A stretch of DNA of 59,597 bases from IMG/VR virus record IMGVR_UViG_3300006108_000010, positions 62,001-121,597 of that record; one strand, given 5' to 3'. A program made the translations under genes and the position numbers. Origin of the DNA: an uncultured virus (IMG/VR IMGVR_UViG_3300006108_000010). Lineage: Duplodnaviria; Heunggongvirae; Uroviricota; Caudoviricetes. Positions 41,578 through 50,080 of this stretch are shown here, in pieces; position 1 is the first letter of the stretch, and the number at the start of each line of letters is the position of its first letter. Below the pieces are notes generated by a model. It saw nothing but the letters and a program-made list of their open reading frames with translations, did no database searches and had not been told where the DNA came from.

Positions 41578-41604
41578 GAACTTTTCTTTAGGTTGAACTA
41601 AGAC

Positions 41605-43155
41605 TTAGAGGTAGTTTGCAGCAGCTGCATTACCTACGAAGCTTGTTCCGAGACCCTTAACTATGATAACGTGGTAGTATAAAGATGCACCAAAGATATG
41701 ATCGACTACACCGTAGCGGGTCATAAGACCTACGCGTGGTGCAAAGTCGTTAGGACCAACTGTGCGCTGGATCATAACTGGGATGTATGGGCAATATACA
41801 ATACCTGTGTCATAGTATTCGGTTCCCTTATAGCCTAAGAGGGCATACTCAAGCGGATTTGCTCTTTGACCTGAAAGATACTGCGCATCAGTACGGGTAT
41901 CACGGTAGACGGTGAAACGTCCTCCGAGAGTACCAACCTTTGCGATTCCGGTTGGCTGCGTGTTAACGTTGCCGTTAACTGGCATCCACTGGAATTCTGG
42001 TAACATTTCAAGAATTGCGCACACACGAGGTGTAGCAATGATGAAGTTAGCAGAACCTCTACGGTTACGGATTGCGACACGATTAGCCTCGACAATTACC
42101 TTACTGTAGAAATCACGGTTTCTCTCTCCTAACCAACGTGCGTCAGCGGATTGAGCGTACCAATATGTGTATCCGTTAGGTGTACCTGCATTGAGACATA
42201 CTTGGATCATACGCATGACCATTTCACGGTCGATTTCAGCCTGAATTTCATATGACATTGCATTTGTTAATTCAGAGTCGATATCGAGTCCGTTCATGTT
42301 CTTAAGATCCTGTTCAAGTTCAACTGACCAACGAGCAGCGAGGCGGCGTGTGCCAGCTTCAACTGCTGTCTTGCTGAACTCAACAACAACCTGTGGGATG
42401 TTGCCAGTTAATTCATAGTCACTGAGAAGTGCAGCAACACCCTGATCTTGACCAACGATGGTGAAGTCAGCGGAGTTTGCACCACTAATTCCTTGGAAGT
42501 ATGATGCAGCACTTGTGCCTGTGAATCTTGTATCTAAGAACTGATAACCCAATTCTGCATTTCGTGCAGGACTGAATGATGTATCAGCGTTTGCTCCGTT
42601 AGGTCCTTCAACATTGGAACGATCCCATGTGGAATCTCCAGATGCTTCGCTATTGTTATTGGTTGTTCCTGCATTACCAGGTCCGAGTGTGGTCGAACCA
42701 GTTGCATAACCATCAATACCATTAGCACCTAATGAAGTAGCCTCATAGCGGTAACGTAAAGCAAATGCAAGTCCGACTGGGCCGCTCATTGGCTGTACAC
42801 CTACGATCTCATTCGTGATAAGCTCTGGGAAAGTACGGCGAACCATTGGGATGAGTACCTTTGGTAAGCGTGAATCTCCTTGAGCATATGTATCTCCAGA
42901 GAACTGATTGTATGTTGCAGCTGTTCCGAAAACACCGCCGTTGGTAGAACTACCACCTGAGATATTGTAGGATGCTTCTTCGATGCACCATCTTTCTTGG
43001 TTCTCCATGAGAATAGCAGTAGTTAAGCGTTGGTGCTCGTTTTCGATTGGTGCAACCTTATCGGATGAATAATCGAGAACTGGGGCCCACTTTTCAACTA
43101 ACTGCTGAGCACGAGAACGATCAATGTAGCCTGTAGCTGGATTGGAATTTCTCAT
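41605..43155 (-). CDS. Major capsid protein, T4 gp23-like
   Basis: LVEKWAPVLD; ILMENQE; LIPMVRR; VGVQPMSGPVGLAFALRYRY; RRLAARWSVELEQDLKNMNGLD; EIQAEIDRE; YCPYIP; PRVGLMTRYG. Confidence 0.97.
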   Translation of the reverse strand: MRNSNPATGYIDRSRAQQLVEKWAPVLDYSSDKVAPIENEHQRLTTAILMENQERWCIEEASYNISGGSSTNGGVFGTAATYNQFSGDTYAQGDSRLPKVLIPMVRRTFPELITNEIVGVQPMSGPVGLAFALRYRYEATSLGANGIDGYATGSTTLGPGNAGTTNNNSEASGDSTWDRSNVEGPNGANADTSFSPARNAELGYQFLDTRFTGTSAASYFQGISGANSADFTIVGQDQGVAALLSDYELTGNIPQVVVEFSKTAVEAGTRRLAARWSVELEQDLKNMNGLDIDSELTNAMSYEIQAEIDREMVMRMIQVCLNAGTPNGYTYWYAQSADARWLGERNRDFYSKVIVEANRVAIRNRRGSANFIIATPRVCAILEMLPEFQWMPVNGNVNTQPTGIAKVGTLGGRFTVYRDTRTDAQYLSGQRANPLEYALLGYKGTEYYDTGIVYCPYIPVMIQRTVGPNDFAPRVGLMTRYGVVDHIFGASLYYHVIIVKGLGTSFVGNAAAANYL

Positions 43156-43166
43156 TTGTTTGTTTA

Positions 43167-43171
43167 CTCCT
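43167..43171 (-). promoter_or_regulatory. Shine-Dalgarno-like AGGAG upstream of the major capsid gene
   Basis: TAGGAGTAAACAAACAA-ATG; 11-nt spacing. Confidence 0.55.
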
Positions 43172-43207
43172 ATGGATAGAATACTGTGAGATTGAAAGAT
43201 ACCTAAA

Positions 43208-44125
43208 TTACTTCCTTACGGAGTAACTTTCGGTTTTCTTTAACTCACTCAGATATCCGTTAACTTGGGATGAACCCTCGTTAGATATAGCTACTGATTC
43301 AGTAACTACAGAACTGCTAGGAACTTTAGCATCTCTGGTTTTAGCAGATTGCTTAGCTTCACTAACAAGTTCAGACGCAGTTTTTTCTTCACTGCGTTCG
43401 AACATCTCAACAACATAGTTAAAATTCTCTTCAATATAAGAGGAATCCTTGTCGTTTAACAATTTAACGATAAAATCTTTTTTGCTTGATGGCATCCCCT
43501 TGGTCTTTTGTTCAAGGATAATGGTTGCCTCAACCATCTTAAGCTTCTCAACGAGAGCTTCATTTTCTTTATAAGACTCATTGAGCTTCTCATTAAGAGA
43601 GTCAATTGCCTTTTTACCTTCAGCAATTGTGGACTTGATACCAGAGTCAATGGACTCCTGATCAATTCCGACAATCTGACGGATTTTGTCAAGCTGTGTA
43701 CGAGCGTATGTGTTCTCCACAGCTTCTTGTAATTGATTTGTTGGAAGTGCTTTATCTAACGAAATATCAATGAAGTTACTAACTTCATCAATCATAGAAT
43801 TTTTGAATGCAAGAGCTTTTTCATTTAAAGCCTTGCGATAATGAGTTGCAAGCTTTTCTAACTTAGCGGAATGATCTTCGTTAATTGCTGTTAAAACTTT
43901 CTTGAGTTTGTCGGTGTGATCGGTATCAATAGCTTCTAAAAGTTTTTCTAATTTTTCAGCATGATCAACATCCTGTTTTGAGAGAGCACTTTCAACTTGG
44001 AGTGATAAGCGAGATTCAACTTTCTCATTAACTGCTGCTTCGAATGCTTCAGCAATTGCAGTTGCTGTCTCTTCGGAAATTACACTCTTGTCTAAGTTTT
44101 CTAAAATAGCTTTGAAATTCTTCAT
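43208..44125 (-). CDS. Prohead core scaffold protein, T4 gp22-like
   Basis: Highly charged coiled-coil (ISEETATAIAEAFEAAVNEKV); directly upstream of gp23. Confidence 0.8.
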   Translation of the reverse strand: MKNFKAILENLDKSVISEETATAIAEAFEAAVNEKVESRLSLQVESALSKQDVDHAEKLEKLLEAIDTDHTDKLKKVLTAINEDHSAKLEKLATHYRKALNEKALAFKNSMIDEVSNFIDISLDKALPTNQLQEAVENTYARTQLDKIRQIVGIDQESIDSGIKSTIAEGKKAIDSLNEKLNESYKENEALVEKLKMVEATIILEQKTKGMPSSKKDFIVKLLNDKDSSYIEENFNYVVEMFERSEEKTASELVSEAKQSAKTRDAKVPSSSVVTESVAISNEGSSQVNGYLSELKKTESYSVRK

Positions 44126-44154
44126 ATTATGTATAATAACTTATCCCTTGATAA

Positions 44155-44394
44155 TTACATTTTGCTGACTTTTTTTTCAGACTTTTTTGTTTTAGGAAAT
44201 TTTCCTTTTGCACCCTTTTTGCCGAAAGCTGATTTTTCGCCTGACCATCCTTTTACCTTTTGTGAAGAAGCAGTCTTCTTAACTTTTTCGACGGTCTTTT
44301 TTTCAACTACCTGTTGAAGCGTTGCGTTGGCTTGTGCGTAATTCTTTTCACAAAGTTGTGTGATGAATTTTGAAATTAATTTGCGAATTTCCAT
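44155..44394 (-). CDS. Small basic prohead-associated protein
   Basis: Start moved to MEIRKLISK (ATG 44394) with TAAGTA at 44406-44411; Lys-rich tail; between protease and scaffold. Confidence 0.5.
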   Translation of the reverse strand: MEIRKLISKFITQLCEKNYAQANATLQQVVEKKTVEKVKKTASSQKVKGWSGEKSAFGKKGAKGKFPKTKKSEKKVSKM

Positions 44395-44427
44395 ATGTGT
44401 ATTATTACTTACTCTCGATTGTTGCAA

Positions 44428-45096
44428 TTAATAGCTTTTTAATGCATTAATAAATGAAACAAATTGTTCACGTAAATAAGCATCTTTATTTTTCAATGGA
44501 AGAGTTGAAATATTTTTTTGGAAATTGTCATAAAGTGCTTCAAGCTCTCCATTGTCTTTTAATACCCATTGCTTGGATTCTAAAATACCATTAACAAAGG
44601 CTGTAGGAACTGATGGATCAGCAACAACGTCAATTGCTACTAAACGAAAATCTGAAACTTTGCCAATTCCGTTTTCTTGATCGACACGACCAAGAGCACG
44701 AGAAGATACACCAAGTTTAACGCCATCTAAAATTAACGAACGAACAACTTGTCCAACAGGAGTTGAAAGGATCTTTGATTTACCTTCAAAAATATTGCCA
44801 TCTTGTTTTAATTCGGTGACGATATGGCAAGCTCTTTCTAAATTAATTTCTGGTGATGTTGGGTGATTAAGTTCACCCGTTGCACGATTACCCTTAATCA
44901 TTTCCTTATCATAACGAGCAACTTCACGAACCATTTCTTCTAATGGATAAACACGCTTATTGCGATTTGCTTCATTAGCCATTAAGAATGGTCCTTTAAT
45001 GTACATGTTTGAAGGCGAATTACGATTTTGTTCTTCAACCAAATACTTTAATTCGTAGGTAGGTTGCTCGACCAAAAGATTATAAACGTTACTCAT
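44428..45096 (-). CDS. Prohead protease, T4 gp21-like
   Basis: YIKGPFLMANEANRNKRVYP; GELNHP; GVSSRALG; IDVVADPSVPTAFVNGILE. Confidence 0.95.
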   Translation of the reverse strand: MSNVYNLLVEQPTYELKYLVEEQNRNSPSNMYIKGPFLMANEANRNKRVYPLEEMVREVARYDKEMIKGNRATGELNHPTSPEINLERACHIVTELKQDGNIFEGKSKILSTPVGQVVRSLILDGVKLGVSSRALGRVDQENGIGKVSDFRLVAIDVVADPSVPTAFVNGILESKQWVLKDNGELEALYDNFQKNISTLPLKNKDAYLREQFVSFINALKSY

Positions 45097-45104
45097 ATAT
45101 TAAT

Positions 45105-45124
45105 TACTTAGTCTTCTATTTATA
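45105..45124 (-). promoter_or_regulatory. Tandem late-promoter boxes upstream of the protease gene
   Basis: TATAAATA (45124-45117) followed by TAAGTA (45110-45105), 8 nt before the ATG. Confidence 0.6.
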
Positions 45125-45571
45125 CTAGTTAAGATGTTTTTCATTAAGAATTAAAAAAGTATATCCATTTTTTTTACACCATTGACGAGCCGCATCCCAT
45201 TTTGCTTGATTTACTGCCCATGTAACTTTTTCATAAAGCATAGTAGATTGCTTTTTCTTCGATGTAATCGTAGGTGGTTTCGTTTGTTTTTCGGGTTTAA
45301 CTTCAATTAAAAGTTTCTGCATCTTGCCAGTGCTATCTTTTAATGAGGCAACCAAATCAACAAAGTATCTATGTACTTTGCCGTCTTTTGGTGATTGATA
45401 TGGGATTATAACGGATTCGCTTCCCCATGTTAATATATTAGGATTTTTATCCAGATATCTAAAACTAATAAGTTCTAGTTTTGATCTATATATTATAGGA
45501 ATACTTCCTTTGTATTTTTCGGGATTTAGCGGTTGATAAATTCCCTGTGTGTAGTTGCGGTTTTTTTTCAT
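45125..45571 (-). CDS. Head completion protein, T4 gp4-like (TnsA-like PD-(D/E)xK fold)
   Basis: PLNPEKYKG...IYRSKLE...WGSE...IPY...HRYFVD...LIEVKP...NQAKW. Confidence 0.9.
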   Translation of the reverse strand: MKKNRNYTQGIYQPLNPEKYKGSIPIIYRSKLELISFRYLDKNPNILTWGSESVIIPYQSPKDGKVHRYFVDLVASLKDSTGKMQKLLIEVKPEKQTKPPTITSKKKQSTMLYEKVTWAVNQAKWDAARQWCKKNGYTFLILNEKHLN

Positions 45572-45639
45572 AGTTGTTTATTTTTGTGATAATAAATGAA
45601 TTGTTAGTTCATTTATTGCCACAAAGATAATCAATAAGA

Positions 45640-46602
45640 TTATCCAAGATAGAACGAAATAGGATCTCTATCAACCATATCGGTCATGATTTCCTTTTCC
45701 AATTCTGCTTTTTCTGCTTCGCCTTGACGGAGAATATCTTGATAGTTTACGGTTTGGTTTCCGAATAAATTTGTTCCAGCGTATTTACCTCTGGTGTGAC
45801 CCATAGTAATTTTGCAAAGAGCCATCGTGTATCTATAAACCCATAATTGGCTTACGATATCTTTAATTGCTTTTTGTACTCTGCAACCAATCAACCCAAA
45901 ATAAGCGGATAAGAATGGATTTGGTTCAGGTATAATTTTTAAAATTTGAGTCTCAGGATAAAATCTAAGATAAGGTTTAAGAGCGAGGACTTTTTCTCTT
46001 GTATCAATCCAAGATTTAAGTGCTTGCCAAGTAACTAAATCATATCCTACATTACCAAGAAGTTGACCAAAGTATGCTTGTTGAGCAATTGTATTTTCAA
46101 TTGTGAAAAGTGTATTAACACCAGAATTATTTCCCTCTTCGTATGAAAAAACATCAATAACTTTTCTATATTGATTCATGTCATAATCCCAACCCATAGA
46201 ACCTGGGAATGCACTAGGCGGCGGAGTAAATGTTGTTCCGTAATATTGTGAAGCAGTACCACCATAATAACCTGAACCTGTTGTACTAGCTGGTGGATTA
46301 AAGGTTGTAGAATTATACATATCAGGTGTTATGTTAATTAACCTATCGATATGTAAGCCTACGCCTTGGGTATATAAATCTGATCTAAAAATTAGATATT
46401 CTTCTGTTGTACCAGAAAACTTTGTAAACCATTCACATGCAATATCAATATTCTCATAGATTTGCTCACTTGATAATTCGATTTGAATTAGCGGTTCGCC
46501 TAATCCCCTTCTGATTCTTTGCGCTAATAAATCATAGGTGGTAACCTTTGGTGAAAAGGTCATTGATCCGTGGAATCTGTTTGGTAGTACTGAATTAGCC
46601 AT
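45640..46602 (-). CDS. Neck protein, T4 gp13-like
   Basis: IRRGLGEPLIQIELSSEQI; WVYRYTMALCK...RGKYAG...LFGNQTVN...EAEKAELE. Confidence 0.8.
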   Translation of the reverse strand: MANSVLPNRFHGSMTFSPKVTTYDLLAQRIRRGLGEPLIQIELSSEQIYENIDIACEWFTKFSGTTEEYLIFRSDLYTQGVGLHIDRLINITPDMYNSTTFNPPASTTGSGYYGGTASQYYGTTFTPPPSAFPGSMGWDYDMNQYRKVIDVFSYEEGNNSGVNTLFTIENTIAQQAYFGQLLGNVGYDLVTWQALKSWIDTREKVLALKPYLRFYPETQILKIIPEPNPFLSAYFGLIGCRVQKAIKDIVSQLWVYRYTMALCKITMGHTRGKYAGTNLFGNQTVNYQDILRQGEAEKAELEKEIMTDMVDRDPISFYLG

Positions 46603-46611
46603 TTTGAATAC

Positions 46612-47397
46612 TTATGGTATTGTATTGATAATATTCGGAGAAATATAATCAGAATAAAAATCAGAAAAATCTTGTAATATGGATGCAGGTGGAACTGGCG
46701 TATCTGCTTCCGCTGTTCCATCGGAACCCATAGTTAAAAATTTAGAATCAATCGTATAAATTTTATTAATAACATTATTAAAGGCTTTAAACATCCATCC
46801 TTTGATAGTAAATGAAGTTGTAGCAGAAATTCTATATGGTTGAGTGCCAGTAAGGTCGTTTGGGTATTGTAAGTTCACATTACCACTCCATAAAACTTCA
46901 CTTCTTATTTCATATGGAATAGATGAATTTTTAAGATTTGGTAACTTCCAAGAAACTACAATATATGGATCGCAATAAGGAATAAAGTTTGTTAAAATTT
47001 GATCCATATCAGATTGATAACGTGTTATAATTGTCATCTCAACTGCTATGTTTACAGGAACAGGTTGTAAAACTGGTAATATATATTCACCACTTCCGTC
47101 AGTTGAATCGTATTCAACTTTAAATCCATCAATCTTATTAACAACTCTACTTTGATCTCTGGAAATAGAAGAAAGATTTATAGCAATAACAGGAACCGTT
47201 AAGCCACCAGCCGCTGGGCTATTTAAATTACTGAATACTCTTTGTTTTGGTGAATATACAAACAAAACTTTGTCGCCACTTGTTGGAGCAACCAAAGTTT
47301 CTGTGTTATCATAACGTTTAATGATAACATCATTGAAAGCCTGACAAAATTGTTCAATAAGAGTCTGGACTTCCCAATTAAAGGTATAGTTCTTCAT
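46612..47397 (-). CDS. Tail terminator/sheath stabiliser, T4 gp15-like
   Basis: FCQAFNDVIIKR; SPKQR; SISRDQSR; PVPVNI; DMDQILTNFIPY; FTIKGWMF. Confidence 0.8.
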   Translation of the reverse strand: MKNYTFNWEVQTLIEQFCQAFNDVIIKRYDNTETLVAPTSGDKVLFVYSPKQRVFSNLNSPAAGGLTVPVIAINLSSISRDQSRVVNKIDGFKVEYDSTDGSGEYILPVLQPVPVNIAVEMTIITRYQSDMDQILTNFIPYCDPYIVVSWKLPNLKNSSIPYEIRSEVLWSGNVNLQYPNDLTGTQPYRISATTSFTIKGWMFKAFNNVINKIYTIDSKFLTMGSDGTAEADTPVPPASILQDFSDFYSDYISPNIINTIP

Positions 47398-47424
47398 TAA
47401 TGAATACTTACCTAAATAATTTTA

Positions 47425-47661
47425 TTAAATCCAAGGAATCGAGGAAAGAGCTAGAACGACTAATGCTTGTGATATTGCGGTATCGTTTGTCCAATTGCCA
47501 GCTGCGGCATATTGCTCATCACCATCCCAAAGAACAATTTGTTTAGGTAACCCTTTAATTTTTGCAACGATTTTTTTCTCTACAAATAAATCTCTTACGA
47601 ATTCTATTACAATTGGATCTGCTAATTTTATGGTTTGGGTTGTTTGAATTATGATATCCAT
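47425..47661 (-). CDS. Hypothetical protein
   Basis: 78-aa ORF with TAAGTA box at 47669-47674. Confidence 0.6.
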   Translation of the reverse strand: MDIIIQTTQTIKLADPIVIEFVRDLFVEKKIVAKIKGLPKQIVLWDGDEQYAAAGNWTNDTAISQALVVLALSSIPWI

Positions 47662-47674
47662 ATATTATTACTTA

Positions 47675-48142
47675 TTAATTTATATTAACATTTACTTTAA
47701 TTCCTGAAACACAAGGTTTTTGTATGTTTATAGCACCCTTCCATGAACTCACAAATGGAACTATACTGTCTTGAGTTAATATACCGAATCCTGCTTCATT
47801 TTGGACAATAACATCAAAATACCCTGAATCATGAAAAATATCAGGCAAATTTAAATTTATATATTGTCCCGATATAAAATCAGCATATTGCGTTACATCA
47901 ACACCACTAAATCCTATATTATTAGCTGAAAGATTTTTAATATTATAAAATGGATTTATATATTCTGTACTAAGCGAAAACATATTTGCGTCTACAGAAC
48001 TCAAATACACATTTGATACATTAATAAATGATCTACCTATTAATAATATCGGGGGAATACTAGATGCATATGGATGTAGTGTAAATGCATAAGGCTCTAC
48101 ATTAAATGGTTGTGGTCTGGCATTTATTATGAAATGATCCAT
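47675..48142 (-). CDS. Hypothetical protein, possible Ig/IPT-like fold
   Basis: LIGRSF..VSNVYLS...LNLP...GYFDVIVQNEAG; starts 3 nt after the portal stop. Confidence 0.5.
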   Translation of the reverse strand: MDHFIINARPQPFNVEPYAFTLHPYASSIPPILLIGRSFINVSNVYLSSVDANMFSLSTEYINPFYNIKNLSANNIGFSGVDVTQYADFISGQYINLNLPDIFHDSGYFDVIVQNEAGFGILTQDSIVPFVSSWKGAINIQKPCVSGIKVNVNIN

Positions 48143-48145
48143 ACA

Positions 48146-50008
48146 TTATGCTGCTGGTGTTTCCGTAGCTTCTGCGCCAGCTTCAGGAACTTCCGTTGTA
48201 GCTGCTTCCGGTGCTTGTGTCGTTTCTGCTGTAGCACCACCACCGAATTCTGGGATTTCAGCTGCCGTTGGTGCTCCACCGCCTCCACCCGCTGCTGGTG
48301 CGGCTGCGCCACCTGCTCCAAGTGCACCAGCGGCTTGCTCTGCCGCTTGAATGTGTTCACGCCAGTTGGGTCCGGTCTGAGCAATCTGATCCAACTCCCA
48401 TTTGAGTGCTGCATCCTTTCTGAGCCATTCCATGTTTTCGGAAATCTTGGCATCGTTTAATCCGAGATAGTGACGCTGGGCAAATGTCTTAGAAATTGAT
48501 TCATTCTGAGACATGTTATTGAAATTATTATACTTTAATTCAAATTCTTGATTCTTTCTAATTGCAAAATAATTGGAAGGAGGATTAAAGTGAATATCGA
48601 AATACGATTCATGCATTCCGTATTCTTTCCACCATCCACGGAGTTTTAAATGAGTAATGAATGTTTCTTTAAGACCTGTTGCAAATTGATTTTGAATACG
48701 AACAACAAATTTTGCAAAACGTAATTCTTCTCTTAAAATTTCTGCACCATCTTTATATCCCTCGTCTGGGTTCATACGAGTTAAAGGAACCTTGAGGCTC
48801 TTATAAAGTTTATTGACAAAATAGGTCAAATCTTCAATCTTACCAAGATTTGCTCCACCTTGCATAAGTTCTACATCACTTCCTGCTTCACCTTGACGCT
48901 TTGCAAACCAAAAAGCATCCAACATAGATTGTGGATCGTAAATGTTACCAGCACCCTTTCCAGATTGCGCATCATATGTCTTTTTAGACCAATATGCTTG
49001 CATGAGTTGTTTTAAATATGCCTCTGCTTTAGCGGGTGGCATATTACCAACATCAATTTTAAATTTAAGACGTTCTGGTGCACGAACCATTCGATAAATG
49101 ACTACCGCATCTTCAAGTAATGAAACCTGCTTATATGAACGACGAGCATTTTCAAGGAACGGAACCTTAATTGACATGTCTTCATTCCACATGCCAGAAT
49201 TAATATAGGTAATCTGATTTCCTTGGAATGTGATTAATTGTTGTTGCAAGGAATTGGAATTATTCTGTGATGAAGGTGGAGCAGATGGGCTATTTGGACT
49301 ACTTGCGTGTTGTTGTAAGCTAATTGGTTTTTGGAAAATGAAGTTTTCAATTACGTTATTTTGAACATTATCGTAAACTGGATTGATCAATTCACCTGGT
49401 ATATTCAACACACCAATAATACCTAATTCTCTTTTTCTTTCGTGAACAACGTTTTCAAAGAAAATTTCACCTTCGATTAAAAGCTGTCTACAATATCCCC
49501 AACCTTTGTGCTCCAAGTCAAAAACTTGAATGAATTTGTAAAACTCTTTTTCAATTTCACTTCTCTCATTTGAGTCTAATTTACCAAATGTTGAAAATCC
49601 AATTCTTAAAAATTTATCCTCATCATCCTTATTTAGAAATTCATCACAAATTTCATCTAAACAGTCTGCGATTTCTGCATAAGATCCCATTCTGCGATAC
49701 TCTGCAATTCTTCTGATTTTATCAACGTCAACACTGGCATAAATGTATTTGTGATATGCGTGATCAGAGGTAAAGGAGCCAGGTCCGTACTGATCCGTAT
49801 TCTGGCGCATTGCGGGACCGGTAATAACGGACTGCTGCATGACACGATATTCATGTCTTTTTGATAAGCGGTCGAAAAGTTCATATCTTGGATTTCCAAT
49901 ATCAGCATCCACTGCGTCTTGGATATAAGGCAATCTAGAAAGAATATTTGATATGAAATTTCTACCGTTATCTGGCTGTCTATTCGGTGTAGGTAATACG
50001 TCAGGCAT
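48146..50008 (-). CDS. Portal protein, T4 gp20-like
   Basis: IAEYRRM...EIADCLDEICDE; LLEDAVVIYRMVRAPERLKFKIDVGNMPPAKAEAYL; SMLDAFW; GGANLG; EILREELRFAKFV. Confidence 0.97.
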   Translation of the reverse strand: MPDVLPTPNRQPDNGRNFISNILSRLPYIQDAVDADIGNPRYELFDRLSKRHEYRVMQQSVITGPAMRQNTDQYGPGSFTSDHAYHKYIYASVDVDKIRRIAEYRRMGSYAEIADCLDEICDEFLNKDDEDKFLRIGFSTFGKLDSNERSEIEKEFYKFIQVFDLEHKGWGYCRQLLIEGEIFFENVVHERKRELGIIGVLNIPGELINPVYDNVQNNVIENFIFQKPISLQQHASSPNSPSAPPSSQNNSNSLQQQLITFQGNQITYINSGMWNEDMSIKVPFLENARRSYKQVSLLEDAVVIYRMVRAPERLKFKIDVGNMPPAKAEAYLKQLMQAYWSKKTYDAQSGKGAGNIYDPQSMLDAFWFAKRQGEAGSDVELMQGGANLGKIEDLTYFVNKLYKSLKVPLTRMNPDEGYKDGAEILREELRFAKFVVRIQNQFATGLKETFITHLKLRGWWKEYGMHESYFDIHFNPPSNYFAIRKNQEFELKYNNFNNMSQNESISKTFAQRHYLGLNDAKISENMEWLRKDAALKWELDQIAQTGPNWREHIQAAEQAAGALGAGGAAAPAAGGGGGAPTAAEIPEFGGGATAETTQAPEAATTEVPEAGAEATETPAA

Positions 50009-50046
50009 TTGAATTATTTAGTGTAATATTATACTTATCAAGATAC

Positions 50047-50074
50047 TTGATTTAATTTTACATTATGATAAATT
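50047..50074 (+). promoter_or_regulatory. Possible sigma70-type (extended -10) promoter of the glycosyltransferase-sulfotransferase pair
   Basis: TTGATT (50047-50052), 16-nt spacer, TG-n-TAAATT (50066-50074), 6 nt, then ATG 50081. Confidence 0.4.
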
Positions 50075-50080
50075 TGACAT

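Noticed and set aside
45125..45571. Tn7 TnsA transposase or homing endonuclease
   Set aside because: The TnsA-like fold here matches T4 gp4 head completion protein in motif and context; no transposon ends or partner genes.
41835..49908. Short alternative-frame ORFs overlapping gp23, gp22 and the portal (for example 41835-42095, 48110-48460, 48127-48453)
   Set aside because: Fully nested in strongly supported genes; explained by local GC-rich or low-complexity sequence.
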